The position numbers were made by a program, and so were the translations under genes. The notes under the pieces were generated by a model. That model did not search any database. It was not told the DNA's origin and worked only from the letters and a program-made list of their open reading frames with translations. A stretch of 60,190 bases of DNA, filler included, from Sluysia triapertura (taxonomy: Eukaryota): NCBI GenBank assembly GCA_046118255.1. It is 5 parts of 5 records of this genome, joined end to end, with 100 filler letters (N's around TTAATTAATTAA, not from the genome) between each part and the next. Parts side by side here need not be neighbours in the genome. Positions count along the whole stretch, not along the records: positions 11,676 to 22,537 come from JBJNIA010192450.1; positions 22,638 to 36,057 come from JBJNIA010041023.1; 3 more parts are not named here. One strand, given 5' to 3'. Positions 13,671 through 27,318 of this stretch are shown here, in pieces; position 1 is the stretch's first letter; every line of letters begins with the position of its first letter.

Positions 13671-15613
13671 GAACAATCATGAAATGGAACAATAAAAATA
13701 AAATGTTAAACACGTTATATAAAATAATCTGAAATAGCAACATGGACTGAGTTCCAATAATAGTAGGTGAAATAAAATAATATATGGTTGTTATTAAATA
13801 AATAATAAAGAGAAAACGATAAACATAAAAACAATCTATTTAGTTGCATTAGATAAAAATTTAATTGTTTTTAAATATCAAAATTAATATAGTATAATGC
13901 TGAAATAATTTTTCACTTATCTTTCGAGATCAGAACGATAATTTTCCAATATTGATTACCAAAATGCCTCTATCAATCGATATATTTTTATAACATCGAA
14001 TAGATATAATAAAAACTGAAATCCTAACACTTATTTCTATGGGCCTTTAAATACCGAAATTTTGTTTCATATTACTTATAGATATTCTGCGATTAGATCT
14101 ATCATTTTACTTGAATGGTGCTTCATTTTTATTGATCAATTACAATATCTTTTAGTTCCTTATAAAATAGATATATAAACTTAAATTTGATTAAACTTAA
14201 ATGCGAGTATTTCGTTATTAAAAACGTTTACTAAACATGGGAAAAAGAGTTATTTAATTAGGACGTTTACACAAAAATACTTAAACCTCAAGTTAGGTAA
14301 ATCGTGAGTAATTAAATCCATCCTCAGAAAAATAAATAAATAAATAAACCATTTTTAATGTGTTACATAATAATTTTTAATTTTTAAATGAAATTTGATT
14401 TAATAGTTTTGCACATTTAAATCATTAAATTATATTCCTTACCCTAAACACAAGCGTAAAATATTTTAAATATGTGAAAATAAATCATTAATTTAAGTCA
14501 GAAAATAGAAATAGTATCAAAAATGTTTAATTAAAAATAAAACGAATAGCAACATTAGTATAAACGGAGGTTTAAGGTAAACCTTAAAATGCAAAATTTA
14601 CATGATTGTTTAGATTTTTAAATATAGAATTTATTAACATAAATGCTGAACATGGAATTTAAAAAATAATTTCATTCATTTTAAACAATCAAAAAATAAC
14701 TTTTATTAATAAAAGACAATGTAAGTTTAAAAATTATATTAATGCTACTAGATTAAATGTATAACAAAATTAAATTATCGGTTTTAAAAACCGCAAAATG
14801 AAAAATATAAATTACTTCGAAATAATAAATATTGTATTTCTGATTTTCTTTGATATATGGGAAAACAAAAGTTCAATTAAATTAATAATATTCTTTAATA
14901 ATACAAGTTTACTTTTTGTATTTAAACTTGTATAACTTTCATGCTCACATCATTAGTACTGTTTAATATCATAAATAATATTCACAAAAACAGGATATTT
15001 CTAATCACTATTTATAAATCAATTATTAAATATTATACAAAAATTGTTATTTCTAAAAAATTTTAAAACTTAAAAAGTAAAAAAGAAAATCACTGTACTG
15101 TTTCTTATCTTAGACGAAAGTGAAAATATTTCCAAAAAATACGGACTTTAACTATCAAAGAAAAACCTAAATAATAAAGGTATTTGTACATAATTGAATA
15201 AAAATTTCATGGTGAAATCTATCTTCATTGAAAATTGTTTTGCTAAGAAATTTAATTTTGCAATAATTTTAAAAATCGCATTATTGTACATGTATTCATC
15301 AATTTTAATGTTTTTGTTTGCTTAAGTAGTACTATTTCGCAACCTTTATAATTATGTATTATATGACAATAATTAAAACTTAAAAATCTTATAAAGATCA
15401 CAGAAGGAAATGATTTACACCAACAAGCTGTATAAATTTTACTAATGAAAGATAAAAATTATTTGAAAAGCAAAGTATATTTCAGCCTTTTGAACAACCG
15501 TTTATTTAACAGTAGTAAACTAATTTACAAAATTCCTGGCTTTTGCATAATACTATTTACAATAAAATATTAAAAAACAAAGCGAAACTGGATATAAAAT
15601 ATAAATAAAAAAT

Positions 15614-15855
15614 TCATTTTGCGGTGTTACATAAAACGCAACGATTATTTGTGCGATAATTAACTGCTTGGCATCGTTTATTTCGACATACATATAATTT
15701 CCAATAACAAAATATGCATAACTTTCCAAATAATCGTGTTCGACCACAATTTCTACATTGATGATTTAGATCCATACAATTTGCACAAATTCCGGCTTCT
15801 CGAACACCTAATTCAATCACTTTTGAACACTTTTCACATTTTTTATTTTCAGGAT
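15614..15855 (-). CDS. Cys-rich terminal exon: four CxxC knuckles plus a RanBP2-type zinc finger
   Basis: After a TATAG acceptor reads PENKKCEKCSKVIELGVREAGICANCMDLNHQCRNCGRTRLFGKLCIFCYWKLYVCRNKRCQAVNYRTNNRCVLCNTAK*. The last motif fits C-x4-C-x3-N-x6-C-x2-C. Confidence 0.6.
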
Positions 15856-17013
15856 CTATAATTAATACTATTTATTATTCGAAAATATAAATGTAATAAC
15901 ATAATTTTTTAAATTTCTCAAGAACTTAGAAACTTGAATATTTCAAAAAATTAAAATAAATTAAAAAATAATATTACAATAATTTCAATTAATTAGCTAG
16001 AAAAGCAGCTGCAAAATAAGTAAGAACACCATAGAAGTGCCGAGCATGAATTGATAATAAAACGGATGTAAATATAGCTATTTCATATAAATATAATTAT
16101 AGTATTTATAACTATTACTAAAAACAGTAAATAGCCACAATTATAATATAGAATATAATTACCTACAGTATGGAGAAAATGGTTCATTACATAACTAAAC
16201 CATACATATTATTACTTTTGAGAAACCTTAGAAATGCAATCAAATTTAATCCAAAAAGTACAAGAATTTCGCCAAAAAGTAATATCTTTAATAAGTTAGT
16301 GACGGTAAAAAGCGACAAATTAATTTTATTATACAGGTCATTCAATAACAAAACTTTTACTTACACCACAAACGTTAAAATTGCTAATTCCAGACACAAG
16401 TTAATCCACAGTTAAAATCTTCAAACTTTTCATTTTTAAAAAAAAATGATAATCATGATAATAAAATATCTCAGAAAGTCGTGTGGTTCTATAAACTATA
16501 TTGAAATTGTAAATGAATATTTCACAAGATTTTGCACAACGCTTGAGATGGAAAACAAAATCGAACACAATCTGTAGTCAATACTTTAAATATTTAAATT
16601 CTAATGCAACAAAGGATAGTATATTTAAAGCTTACTTAATACTTACATGATGATAAATTACAAAGTAAACGTTGTTGGTATTTAATTGGTGAAGGCACTG
16701 GGCTTAGATTGATTACCGTAAATGATGGGTTGAATCTAAATGCTATAATTAATAAAATATTAAAATTATATTTTAAACAATAACATTATTGCGTTGAAAT
16801 AATTGAATTATTTAATGATATACTGAATAAAACAATATATTGTTAATGTTTAGATGTGTTTATATCCAACGATAAAATTAAATGCAAAGATTTTACTGAA
16901 ATTAAATGAGATTGTAAAGTGAAAAACAGCGTATTATTCTTTTTAGTTACTTGTTACTGCGGCTATAATAATGAGTGGAATTACAAACGAAGAGAATCTT
17001 AAGAAAATTAAAT

Positions 17014-17327
17014 GTCAATCGAAGTTAGTTATTGCATGATAACGCTAGATCGCACACTACACAAACGAATGTGGCAAAGCTACAAGAACTGGAGTTGAAC
17101 TTCTTCACCATCCTCCATACTCATGAGACATAACCCCCACCGACTACCACTTCTTCCACATGTTGGATAACTTTTTAATAAGAAAACAATTTAATTTCGA
17201 CAATGCTGTAAAAGTGACCGTCCAAGAATTCCTTGACTCTCTTCCGCCAGGGTTTTTATACCACTGGCCGGAACAACCTACCGCCTAAATTCCATAAATG
17301 TGTAGACTATATAGGTTCATATTCCTT
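17014..17327 (+). mobile_element. Mariner transposase C-terminal remnant
   Basis: LLHDNARSHT...ELLHHPPYS*DITPTDYHFFHMLDNFL...KCVDYIGSY matches mariner HDNA / HPPYSPDLAPSDYHLF / KCV...G.YF motifs. Contains a stop and frameshifts. Confidence 0.9.
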
Positions 17328-17559
17328 ATATCAACCAACTCTGCCTATCCTTGACGACCTAAGAGAATTTTCTTATGAAGTTGTAAAAACATAAAAATAA
17401 TAAAAATTCTCTTAAAATTCGGCAAATGTCACAACATGAATCTTAACCTGGAACTTAAGTATTTCAGTTTTCTGATAAATCTAAAGTCCTCTTTTCGTAC
17501 CATTCTCCATTATTTACTTTTGGGAGTAAACAATTTTTTCATGTCCTGATTCAAGATGT

Positions 17560-18170
17560 AACTGTGGACAACGTAAAAAACACCATTTATCTGAATAATC
17601 AGATGACGCAATATATTGCTTATAAGAAATATTCAACATTTTGTCATGCAATCGATTTAATTGTTTACATAAGATATCAAAATTTATTATACGGGCATCA
17701 AGAATAATTTCGTAATGAATTATGCCTTCACAGTTCCACTAAACATTGATCATAAACTTTGATCAAGGCTTTTCAGCCTTACTGTTGATTGAAGATTGTC
17801 ATTTTCGCTTTTATAGAATTTTTCATCACTGGTAACTACTGGTAGAACTTATCCAATTTCAATTCTGATGTTTTTTGAGAATCAGTTAAATTATATGGTA
17901 TTTTGTAGGCTATTTATTCGCTGACATATTGAATGAAACTGATTGCGAAAGCCAAGATAAGTTTGTAATGATCGAGTACTTCGTTGCTACTTTAAATCTA
18001 TGCAACCCCTTAATGACGTTGAATCAAATGATTTAGGTCTTCTATGGTTATGTTTTTAGACAAAGCTTAATAAACATTTCATACCGTTTATGAGCAGCAT
18101 GTAATTTTGTAGCACCATCACTTTCAATTTGGCGCAATTCTTTTGTTGCTATGGTTTATTTTCAGAATAA
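17560..18170 (-). mobile_element. Second, more decayed mariner transposase remnant
   Basis: Minus strand gives, in the expected order, KIPYNLTDSQK (WVPHELT-like), VVTSDEK (VTGDEKW), MINV*WNCEGIIHYEI (VWWD..GIIHYE) and INFDILCKQLNRL (Y.QQL.RL). Confidence 0.7.
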
Positions 18171-18503
18171 TATCATGTTAAAGTAAAAAATTTTGATAAA
18201 TGTTGGAGCTTTTAAAATTGTATACTGAATAAATTTTTAATTTTATAATTTAAGAATGTGTATTAAAACTATTCTCCTTATTGTAGATAAAAAAATTGAT
18301 ATAATTTTTACGTATATTATGATAAATATTCAAACCTTTATCTCCAAAAAAATCAAATAACTTTCTAAATATTTAAAACATAATTTATCTTATAATCAAT
18401 CAATGTACAATTAAAATTTGAACTTTTCAGATCTCTACATTTAAGCAAGAGTTGAACACAGGAAAAAAAACTTAGAAATCATTATCAAGGAAAACATAAA
18501 ATA

Positions 18504-20519
18504 CAGTCATTCCCCTGTAACAAGGTAGAATGGTTCCGCGTTACAATGTGTTTGTATAATGTGTTTGTATAATGTGTTTGTATGATCCCGCATAACGTGT
18601 TATGTACAAATGATTCACGTTTAACTTTACTCGTTAAAGAGAGTTTAAATCTAATATTAAGAAAAACTGTGATATGTACGAAATATGTGCGTTTTATTAA
18701 AATCAAACTAAGAACATTTTAAATAAAAGAACAGTTAATTTCAAATAAATTACATAATTCTAAAAACAGCTTTATTACATGTTTATTCGCTGTCGGAGCT
18801 ACCTTTTTTAATAAATGTTCAAAGGTTTTGTTATTTTGTTATTTTCTTTACTTAAGAGCATATGTTCTTGCTCATCTGTTTTAATTAAAATTAATGATTC
18901 TTTGTTTTTTATTTTATGTTTTTTCTGTATTTTTACGTATGGTGCAAGGCAGAATTGTCAATTTTCAATTTTTTGTCCAGTTTTACTATTTTATTCAGGT
19001 TTTCTATACATAAATTTTCGTCAATAACCTGCATTAAGCTTTCTTCAGCGTCAGATGTAGCAGCTAAATCTTCAGCGTCATTTATTAATTCATAAATATC
19101 TACTTCGTTCATGTCGTCAAATCTTTCTCCATCCACTGATCTAACAATATTTACTATAATTTCGATATTTATACTTGTATAACCTAATAATTTTCTTGCA
19201 AAACGATTTCAGGCCACATATTTTTCCAACAGATGTTTAATGCCGAATACTTAAATTCTTAAAGAGATAGGAATATTAACTCCACATTTTAAAATTGAGA
19301 AATCATTCCACATCTCAGGTAATTTCATATCTGGATTGCATTCAAATTTTTCCAATATAAGTTCAAGTGTTCTACGTATATAATAAGATTTCAGTGTTTT
19401 CATAATAACTTGGTCAAGTGGTTGTAGAATGTATGCTGTGTTGGTGGATGAAGTAGGTCTTTTGGATGTCCTGGAGCATTGTCTATCAGGAGTAAAGTCT
19501 TGAAACTGATTTTTTAGTTTTCGAGTAATTTTCGACCTCTGGTACAAAGCAGTTGTAAAACCAATCGTGAAATATAGCAGCTTTTTGTTTGCTCTCCAGT
19601 AAACTATTGATTAGCATTGGCTTTGTTATATGGTCGCCCGATGCATTACTAAAAAAAGTATCCTCTCCTTAGATGCCTTAAACCCACCAGCAAATCTCTC
19701 GTATTTCGATAAATATGTTCGCTTAGGGATTTTCTTCCAATAGAAGCCAGTTTCGTCGGCATTATAAACTTCACCAATTATCTTCGGAAGTTCGTTAAAT
19801 TTCCGAGCATTTTCATAAGCGCGCTCTCCTTGAATTTGAATATTATGTAAGGAAAACCTTTTTCGAAAACTTTCAAGCCAGCCATTGGTATTGACAAATT
19901 TGGATGTTGGCTTGTCGGAATAAACAGTTTCCAATTCCTTTAAATGAGTAAAAATTCTTTATTAAACAACTATTTATAAGAATATTATTTTGATTGCAAT
20001 ATTCTATCCAAATCATCAAACATTTTTCTGTTTTTGGTATTAACGAATCTTTTTCACGTGAAGATTTACTTAAGATCTAAACATTATAGCACTCCTAATT
20101 TTATTTTCGTTTTGTTTAATTGTTCGTATTGTTGACTCGTTTAGCTCCAGATCCTTTGCTATTACTGTTTCTTTCTTATCATTATTAAGTTGATCCAAAA
20201 TATCAATTTTTGTTGTAGAGAAATAAATTTCCTTTTTAACTTAGGTTTTGTTTCCTTTTCACTTGTCATGGCTGAGAAATAAATATTTTATTTAAAATAA
20301 AAATTATAAAAATAAAATTTCTACATCTTTTAGTACACACATATGTGTATATACAATTCAAAAACTAGGTACACAAATTTAATAAAATAATTTAATTTAA
20401 TTTCATAACAAAACTGACACAGTTGGCACATGTAATCGCGTTATATGGGGGAACACACCTATTGTACGAGGGACATGAAATCGCGTAATAAGAGTACCGT
20501 GTTAAATGGATGGTTACTG
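18504..20519 (-). mobile_element. Tigger/pogo DNA transposon with both ends, inactivated
   Basis: Ends TA|CAGTCATTCCCCTGTAACAAGGTA and (reverse complement) TA|CAGTAACCATCCATTTAACACGGTA, i.e. degenerate TIRs with TA flanks. CGCGTTA-like subterminal repeats at both ends. Confidence 0.85.
18790..20269 (-). pseudogene. Tigger transposase (CENP-B-like HTH + DDE_1), frameshifted
   Basis: ATG at 20269; IAKDLELNESTIRTIK; GWLESFRKRFSLHNIQIQGE; VYNADETGFYWKKIPKRTY; GFKASKERI; LQPLDQVIMKTLKSYY. Confidence 0.9.
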
Positions 20520-22479
20520 TAATGTGTTTTGTTTTAAATTTGAAATCTTTCTAAACTTTCTAATAAATTGTCCAGTTGCATAAATATTTCATATGTTCAT
20601 TGAAATAAGTTTGAATTTTAATTTTTTGCTTTTGATTATATGTTTTGCAAATTCTTTTTCGTTTTCGATAATATTTTCAAAACTATCAGTTTTGCTAATA
20701 TCAAATTCATTATCGTTAAATTATATTGGAGAATTTAACAATCTTTTTCGATTACCTAGATTTTATTTCTTTTTTATAGCTTTTCATGTGAATTTTGCTT
20801 TTAGAATTGATTTTTGCTTCTTTTTCTTCAGTTTCATTTATTAATAGTGTTTTAATTTGTTGTCATTTCTTTTCATTCTTAGTCTTTTTGATCTAATTCT
20901 CTTTCAGGATGTATTGAATACGCTTGATAAATTAGACATTAGGACATATGCCACTTATAATAAATAATTTTTATTTTAGATCTAACACTAAAAGAAAAAT
21001 TAAATAAAAATATCCCGTGAATATTTATTTTTAGTAGATAATTACTTCTTTATCTCTAAAGGAGTTTGCCAAAATCAATATCCAATTTCCAATTAAAATA
21101 ACTAAAATAATATCCAATTAAAATAGTTAAAATTGTTGTAGCATATGTCAAAATTCTTTCTAAACGGTACAAAAACATCTGTCATTCAGTTTTGAAAAGT
21201 GCATTCAATTTGTATTTTAGTTTAATTATTAACTTGATTAAAAGATTTTATTTATGTTCATTGTTCGGTAAAGTATCACATACTTATTTAAATATTTAAA
21301 AATACCGCAATTGTGTCTTAAAAATGCTAATACTTTTTCACCGTTTTTTCCTTGTTCATAAATTATTTAATTTTCCTTTCTTTAATATTACTCTTTCTAA
21401 CCAATTCAATTCTACAATAATTCAAATATTATTTATTGATCTTATAATATAACGGTACAGCCAATTTTCTCTAGATACTACTTAATTACGACACATTTTT
21501 ATTATGTATTATTTTTCGTAATATGTACTTATTGGATTTATATTGGCTTTGCTAATTAAGCGAATTTCTCAAGTTTTATCGACATTTACGTTTGATCCGA
21601 AATATTTTCTAGGTGCTAATTAAGTGAGATGAATTTGTCTTCTTACTTCACATTTGTCTATTAGTTTCTGGTTTCTGGTTTGACATTTGAGGGTGGTTTT
21701 GAGTTTTTAAGTAGCAAAGTTAATATTCGTGGTCGTATAGGTAATGTTTATTTAACAATATTTATGGTATTCAAGATTTATTTAAAATATTATTTATTTT
21801 TTTCAAAATTTTACATTTTTATTAAACAATTCAGGGGTTTTTATAGTACTATTATTGTTTAAGTGAACGTTGAATAATCTGTAAATTAAATTAAAATTAA
21901 ACTTATTTAATTATCTCTAAAATTAATTAATTAATTATTTCTAATAAAATAAGGAAAAACTAAAATTTATAAGTAAAATAAAAATATTTTACACTTATTT
22001 ATTTATTGGAATTGATTTTTAAAATTATAATTCAATGTTGTGAAATTTACTAAGTTGATCAGTGATGCTTGATCGGATGTCTCGAGTTCCGAATATCCAA
22101 AAATATTCTTGATTAAATATAAATGTAAAAAATTAATGAAAATATCCAATGAATAACAAAAATTGTCTAAATAACATATGTGTTTTTATAGTAAAATATT
22201 CATTCTTATATGGTATTTTTGACCGATATTACACAATAATTTCTTCATAATTAATTTTTCTCTACAGTTAATTTCTTTTATTTTCGTCTCTACTTTTTCA
22301 ATATTTCTATTTTTTTCGTTAAATTGTTAAAAGATTTTAAGAGCAACTTAAATTATTTATTTACTTTATTTAAGTATTTATAAATCAAATATTTTATGAT
22401 TTTTCAACCAATATTTTGTGTAATAAGTTCATTATGTAGTGTCTAAGATAGAAAGAATATAAATACAAAGACATGATTT

Positions 22480-22533
<54 letters not shown>

Positions 22534-22637
22534 TAACNNNNNNNNNNNNNNNNNNNNNNNNNNNNNNNNNNNNNNNNNNNNTTAATTAATTAANNNNNNN
22601 NNNNNNNNNNNNNNNNNNNNNNNNNNNNNNNNNNNNN

Positions 22638-22667
<30 letters not shown>
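22480..22667. repeat. (CA)n(TA)n microsatellite flanking a 100-nt linker gap (22538-22637)
   Basis: Directly visible. Confidence 0.9.
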
Positions 22668-22671
<4 letters not shown>

Positions 22672-23309
22672 AATAATAACAATACAAATTATCCTCTAAT
22701 AATAAATCGTCCTTGAATATTAACAAATCACAACCAGGATTAACACAACTTATCAAAGGTAAATGTTGACGCCCGTATTAACCAAAATATAATCAATATA
22801 AAACAGATCACTAACCTTTGTTGCTATATCTTTAAATATTGTTAAAGAATACTCCTTAAAGGAAAGATTGATTAAAGCAGCATCCCTATAGCGAGAAAGT
22901 TTTGTTTTCTTTTGCTGATCTAAAGCTCTGACTCTGATTCCTTTATGGTGTCTATTTTTTGCAAAAATACGACTGCTTATATAGCAGTTTTACGATGATT
23001 CAGAAAATGGAAAATTAGAAATTGAACAAGACGGAAATTAAAGCTGTCTATTATTTTTTAGTTGGTGATAAGCAGACCAATTTTACTTATTTAAATTTCA
23101 ATTGTGTCTAATTTCATTATCTTTTTAATTTATCTACAGATAATGAGATTTGTGGTAAACAATTCCTTTATCCTTTCAATATCATTAAATTAAAATTTAA
23201 TAACATTATAATAAACTATTCTATTAATAACGCGATTTATTATTTTAATTTGGGGATAAAATTAGTAGAATAATAAATTTATTTTTCTATAGGGATTTTT
23301 TGTATAAAA

Positions 23310-23770
23310 CGTTTTGCGTCACCGTACGTCGCACATCGAGTTCAATAACATATTTGACATCAATTTGATATATACATCGGAACGTATTTATCAAATTATA
23401 AAATCTAATTAAAATAACTAATTTTTGCGTTATCTACGTCGACGTGCTTCTTAATATTTCATCATTAAAAATACTAATAATAATAAAACTCAATTATACA
23501 CTAAAACCAATATCATTATATCGTGAGTTATTGAGTTATGAAATTAAGCAAATTTTAATTAAGTTAATTATCAAATGTATTTTAATATTTTAACAAATAA
23601 AACCTTGTAAAGTGTTATTTATTCATATTTCTAATTCTTTTGTTTTGATTCAAATATTTTATATGCTCATTTTGCCATTACAATTCAGAATACTTTATCT
23701 TAATTCTTTAATGATGTTTTATTTTATTTTGTTATCCTGATCCTGACCCTTATGTTTCTCATTATCCTTA
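23310..23770 (-). repeat. Dispersed repeat family B, copy 2 (inverted)
   Basis: Reverse-complement similarity to 6390-6858 over roughly 450 nt. Confidence 0.65.
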
Positions 23771-24026
23771 ACTATTCGTAACACTTACATCTGGATGAAA
23801 ATTCAACTTCTTGAAATGGCCAATAGCTTGCTATGTTGTAGAGAATTAACATCGTCTTTAAAACACGGAAAATTATGTTCAGATGATCCAAAATCGTATG
23901 CGTGTATAATTATAATAATCTGGAACTATAATTTCTTCAGAAATATCAAATAAACCATTAGTTTTTATTGTTTTAAATAGTGTTAAGTTATTTTATTTAC
24001 TTTTCAGAATTATTTACTATTCACTA

Positions 24027-24169
24027 NNNNNNNNNNNNNNNNNNNNNNNNNNNNNNNNNNNNNNNNNNNNNNNNNNNNNNNNNNNNNNNNNNNNNNNNNN
24101 NNNNNNNNNNNNNNNNNNNNNNNNNNNNNNNNNNNNNNNNNNNNNNNNNNNNNNNNNNNNNNNNNNNNN
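24027..24169. other. Assembly gap (143 N, no linker)
   Basis: Directly visible. Confidence 0.95.
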
Positions 24170-26254
24170 AAGAGTTAAATAAGTGTCTTGTCTTACCAGT
24201 TGTCAAGGTCAAAGAAGGAATGAGAGATAATGACAACGAAGATGTTTTTGTGTAATTGAATTGGAATTATGTTTTTTATTCTGTGGTATATTGTAAAAAT
24301 CGTCTTTAAGTTTATTTGATGGATAATTATTAGTTATAAATGAATAAAAATAAAGTTTAAATTTGTTTATTGAAAAGTTCTTATAAATAAATTTATTTAG
24401 TTTATTTATTGAGTATTTATTAGATTTAATCGAGTAGAAATAAAGTTTGTATTTGTTTATCATAAAATCATTGCAATTAATCTTATCGAATTTGTTTAAC
24501 GAATAGTTACAAATTTATAACTTTATTAAACTTTTCTTGATAAGTATAAATATTTAAAAAACCTAAAATAAATTTTAAGACATTTATTAAGCATAGAAAT
24601 TATTTGATTTGTAACAAAATGTTTTATTAAACATAAACTATCGAGCGATAATTGTTGAAGTATCATTGAACACGTTGAGATTATTGCGCTAAATATGTTT
24701 GTATAAGAATAAGAATTAAATAAAACAGAATAATAATCAGAATTAAAACGTAATGTTTGACATAAAAAATAGTATACCTTTGTGTTCATTGGATGCCAGA
24801 ACACTTCAAGTAATACTATTGTATGAATCAGCGTATTGTCACAGAATCGATGTTTGTTATAAAATTATGTTTGAAGACATTATGGAGTAGATATCATGAT
24901 CTCTAAATTGTTCAAGAAATAATAACAAGATTGTGTGTTTAGCAATTGGTTCAACATTAGCAAATTTTGTCATTAAGATGCATAATGCATTGGTAGGTAG
25001 GCCTTTATTAATGTAATTAAATATATTACAGAGATTATAATGATTACTAATAATATGAATTTTCAGATATGATTTTGTACACTTCATTAATTTACTAATT
25101 GGAAAATAGTTTATTAGTGCCGAAATCAACTTTAAACTTGAATTATTTGAGTTTATAACACAACCAGAAGACACTGATGAAGTTATTGTCATGACTAAAG
25201 ATGATTTTGATTTCGATGTTTTCGAGGTTAATATGTTCCTCTTTAGAAGTAGTTTTATTAGTTAAATCTTGTGTTCTTTTTTTGGAAAATTGACTTTGTT
25301 GTGGAAATGACAACACTTTTAACAGATATATTACATCGTTTACTTTTCATTTATTTCATAATGATTTAATTTCTCGAAATATTCATTTAAATTGTTATAA
25401 TCGGAAGCATATATTAATTTTTCGATGTAGGAATAATATCGGTTAATAATTCAAATCGTAAACCTTTTAATAATTGGAATTTTTGTAAATGAAAAGCTGT
25501 CAAGTCATGACAGGAATTAAATTAAAAATATCAATTAATTGTCATAAAATGTAATCAAAATTGTAAAATTAATAATAATAATAATGATAATAATAATAAT
25601 AGTGATGAGGATAATAATAATAAATAATAAAAATAAATCTGTTTCGAACATAAATGTCTCTTTTTTATTTCTTTTATTTAATTGGGTTTCTTCTTTAATT
25701 TCAACAAATGCTTTCTCTGCTTCTTTTTCTTCTTTCACCATTACGTAATATTCTTTTATGTTTGAATAATTATCTGCTTTCTAAAGTTTCGCCAATTCTT
25801 GATTATTTATTTGATTAATCTTGTTGGATAAGTGTAGTTCTTGTAGCGTCTAATACTCTCAATGTTTCAGTGTTCACAGTGTTAAAATAATTCGGCTTGA
25901 AGTTATTGAATTTGATGTCTGTGTTCCAAAATGATTGTTGAAGGAAAACAATATAAAAGAAATATGAAAGAGAGTTATAATAGAAAATTAATGAAGTTGG
26001 AGATGCAAAATGAAATTCAATTTAAATTATTATTACTTTGAGATTTATAGTATGAATAGTTTAGATGTTGTAAAAGTATGATTTTTAGTGTATTGTGGTG
26101 TATAAAAATTTTGTGTGAAGATGTTGGCCACCACAGATGTAAAATGCAACAATGTTTCACTAATGAAGTTTCTGTGGAACCTTTTTTGATTAGTAAAAGT
26201 AAAGTGTACTCAAAATTTGTTACGTTTTTCATTGTATAAGTTGAGCCGAATAAC

Positions 26255-26400
26255 AAAAAAGATTATGAAATGTTTCAATGAAGAATTAATTATTTTCCAT
26301 TTCAGAATATTATAATATGAAGATTTAAATTTTTTTAGTGCTTTTGAGTACATATTTTATAGTAGATATTAGTACTAGGTAAATTTATTATTATTATCAA
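26255..26400 (+). mobile_element. 3' tail fragment of the L2-type LINE family
   Basis: GATTATGAAAT...TTTCAGAATATTATA...GCTTTTGAGTAC...TAGTAGA matches 56798-56900. Ends in (ATT)n. Confidence 0.55.
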
Positions 26401-26505
26401 TATAAATTCGGTATCGATATTTAAATAAACAATTACGAAATTAAAACTTGTTTCATTTCAAACATTTATTTTAAAAATTATTAAAGAACAAATCACATTA
26501 AATAA

Positions 26506-26597
26506 CTAATCAAAACAACGAACTGAATCAGTCGAATCTTTTATATTTAGAGTATGATTTTGACCGTCTATACATTTCATCAATTGTACTTCATCGA
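26506..26597 (-). CDS. Candidate terminal exon of an unidentified minus-strand gene
   Basis: TTTTCAG acceptor; (I)DEVQLMKCIDGQNHTLNIKDSTDSVRCFD*; phase-compatible with exon 28048-27984. Confidence 0.45.
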
Positions 26598-27271
26598 CTG
26601 AAAATAAATTTTATATATTAATTATATAAGATTTAGTAGAAAATATAATAATAATGATAATAACAATAGTAATAATAATCGTAATAATAATAGTAATAAT
26701 CATAAATGTGTAACATAATATTTATTCACTTTTCAAAAATTCCTTTAATTTAAATACATTTAAATTAAGATTATAATGCTTTATATCAATTTAAAATGAG
26801 ATTTAATAGAATTAATATAAATTCAAAATTTAATAACAAATAGTAACCATTTTTAAATTGAAATTAAATGAAAAGTCATTTTAAAATGATTTTACATTCT
26901 ATAAAGATAATGTACAATCAAACTTTAAGAATACAAAATCCAAGTAAAATTAGTTTAAAAAGTAAGTTAAAAATTGCATTAAATTGAGATTGAATAAAAC
27001 TTGTAAGTAATTAAAATTAGTAACATTATCCTCGATTAAATTTTATTAAAATTAAAGATTGGGCAGAATAGAGAAAATAATATGATGTCGAATTTAAAAG
27101 CATTATATTCAGCAAAAAATCATCTTAAAATAAGAATGAATATAAATTATATGTGATCAAAATTTAGTAACAAATTTAGAAATATAAATGTTCAGGCTGA
27201 GAGCAATACTTATCATCATTAAAATTTACTACTTACTAACAAAATTATTATGTTAATTTGTATTATTAGCA

Positions 27272-27274
<3 letters not shown>

Positions 27275-27317
<43 letters not shown>
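27275..27317. repeat. (ATT)n microsatellite
   Basis: Directly visible. Confidence 0.9.

Positions 27318-27318
<1 letters not shown>

Noticed and set aside
23980-24255. ORFs spanning the N gap
   Set aside because: Open only because N codons cannot be stops.
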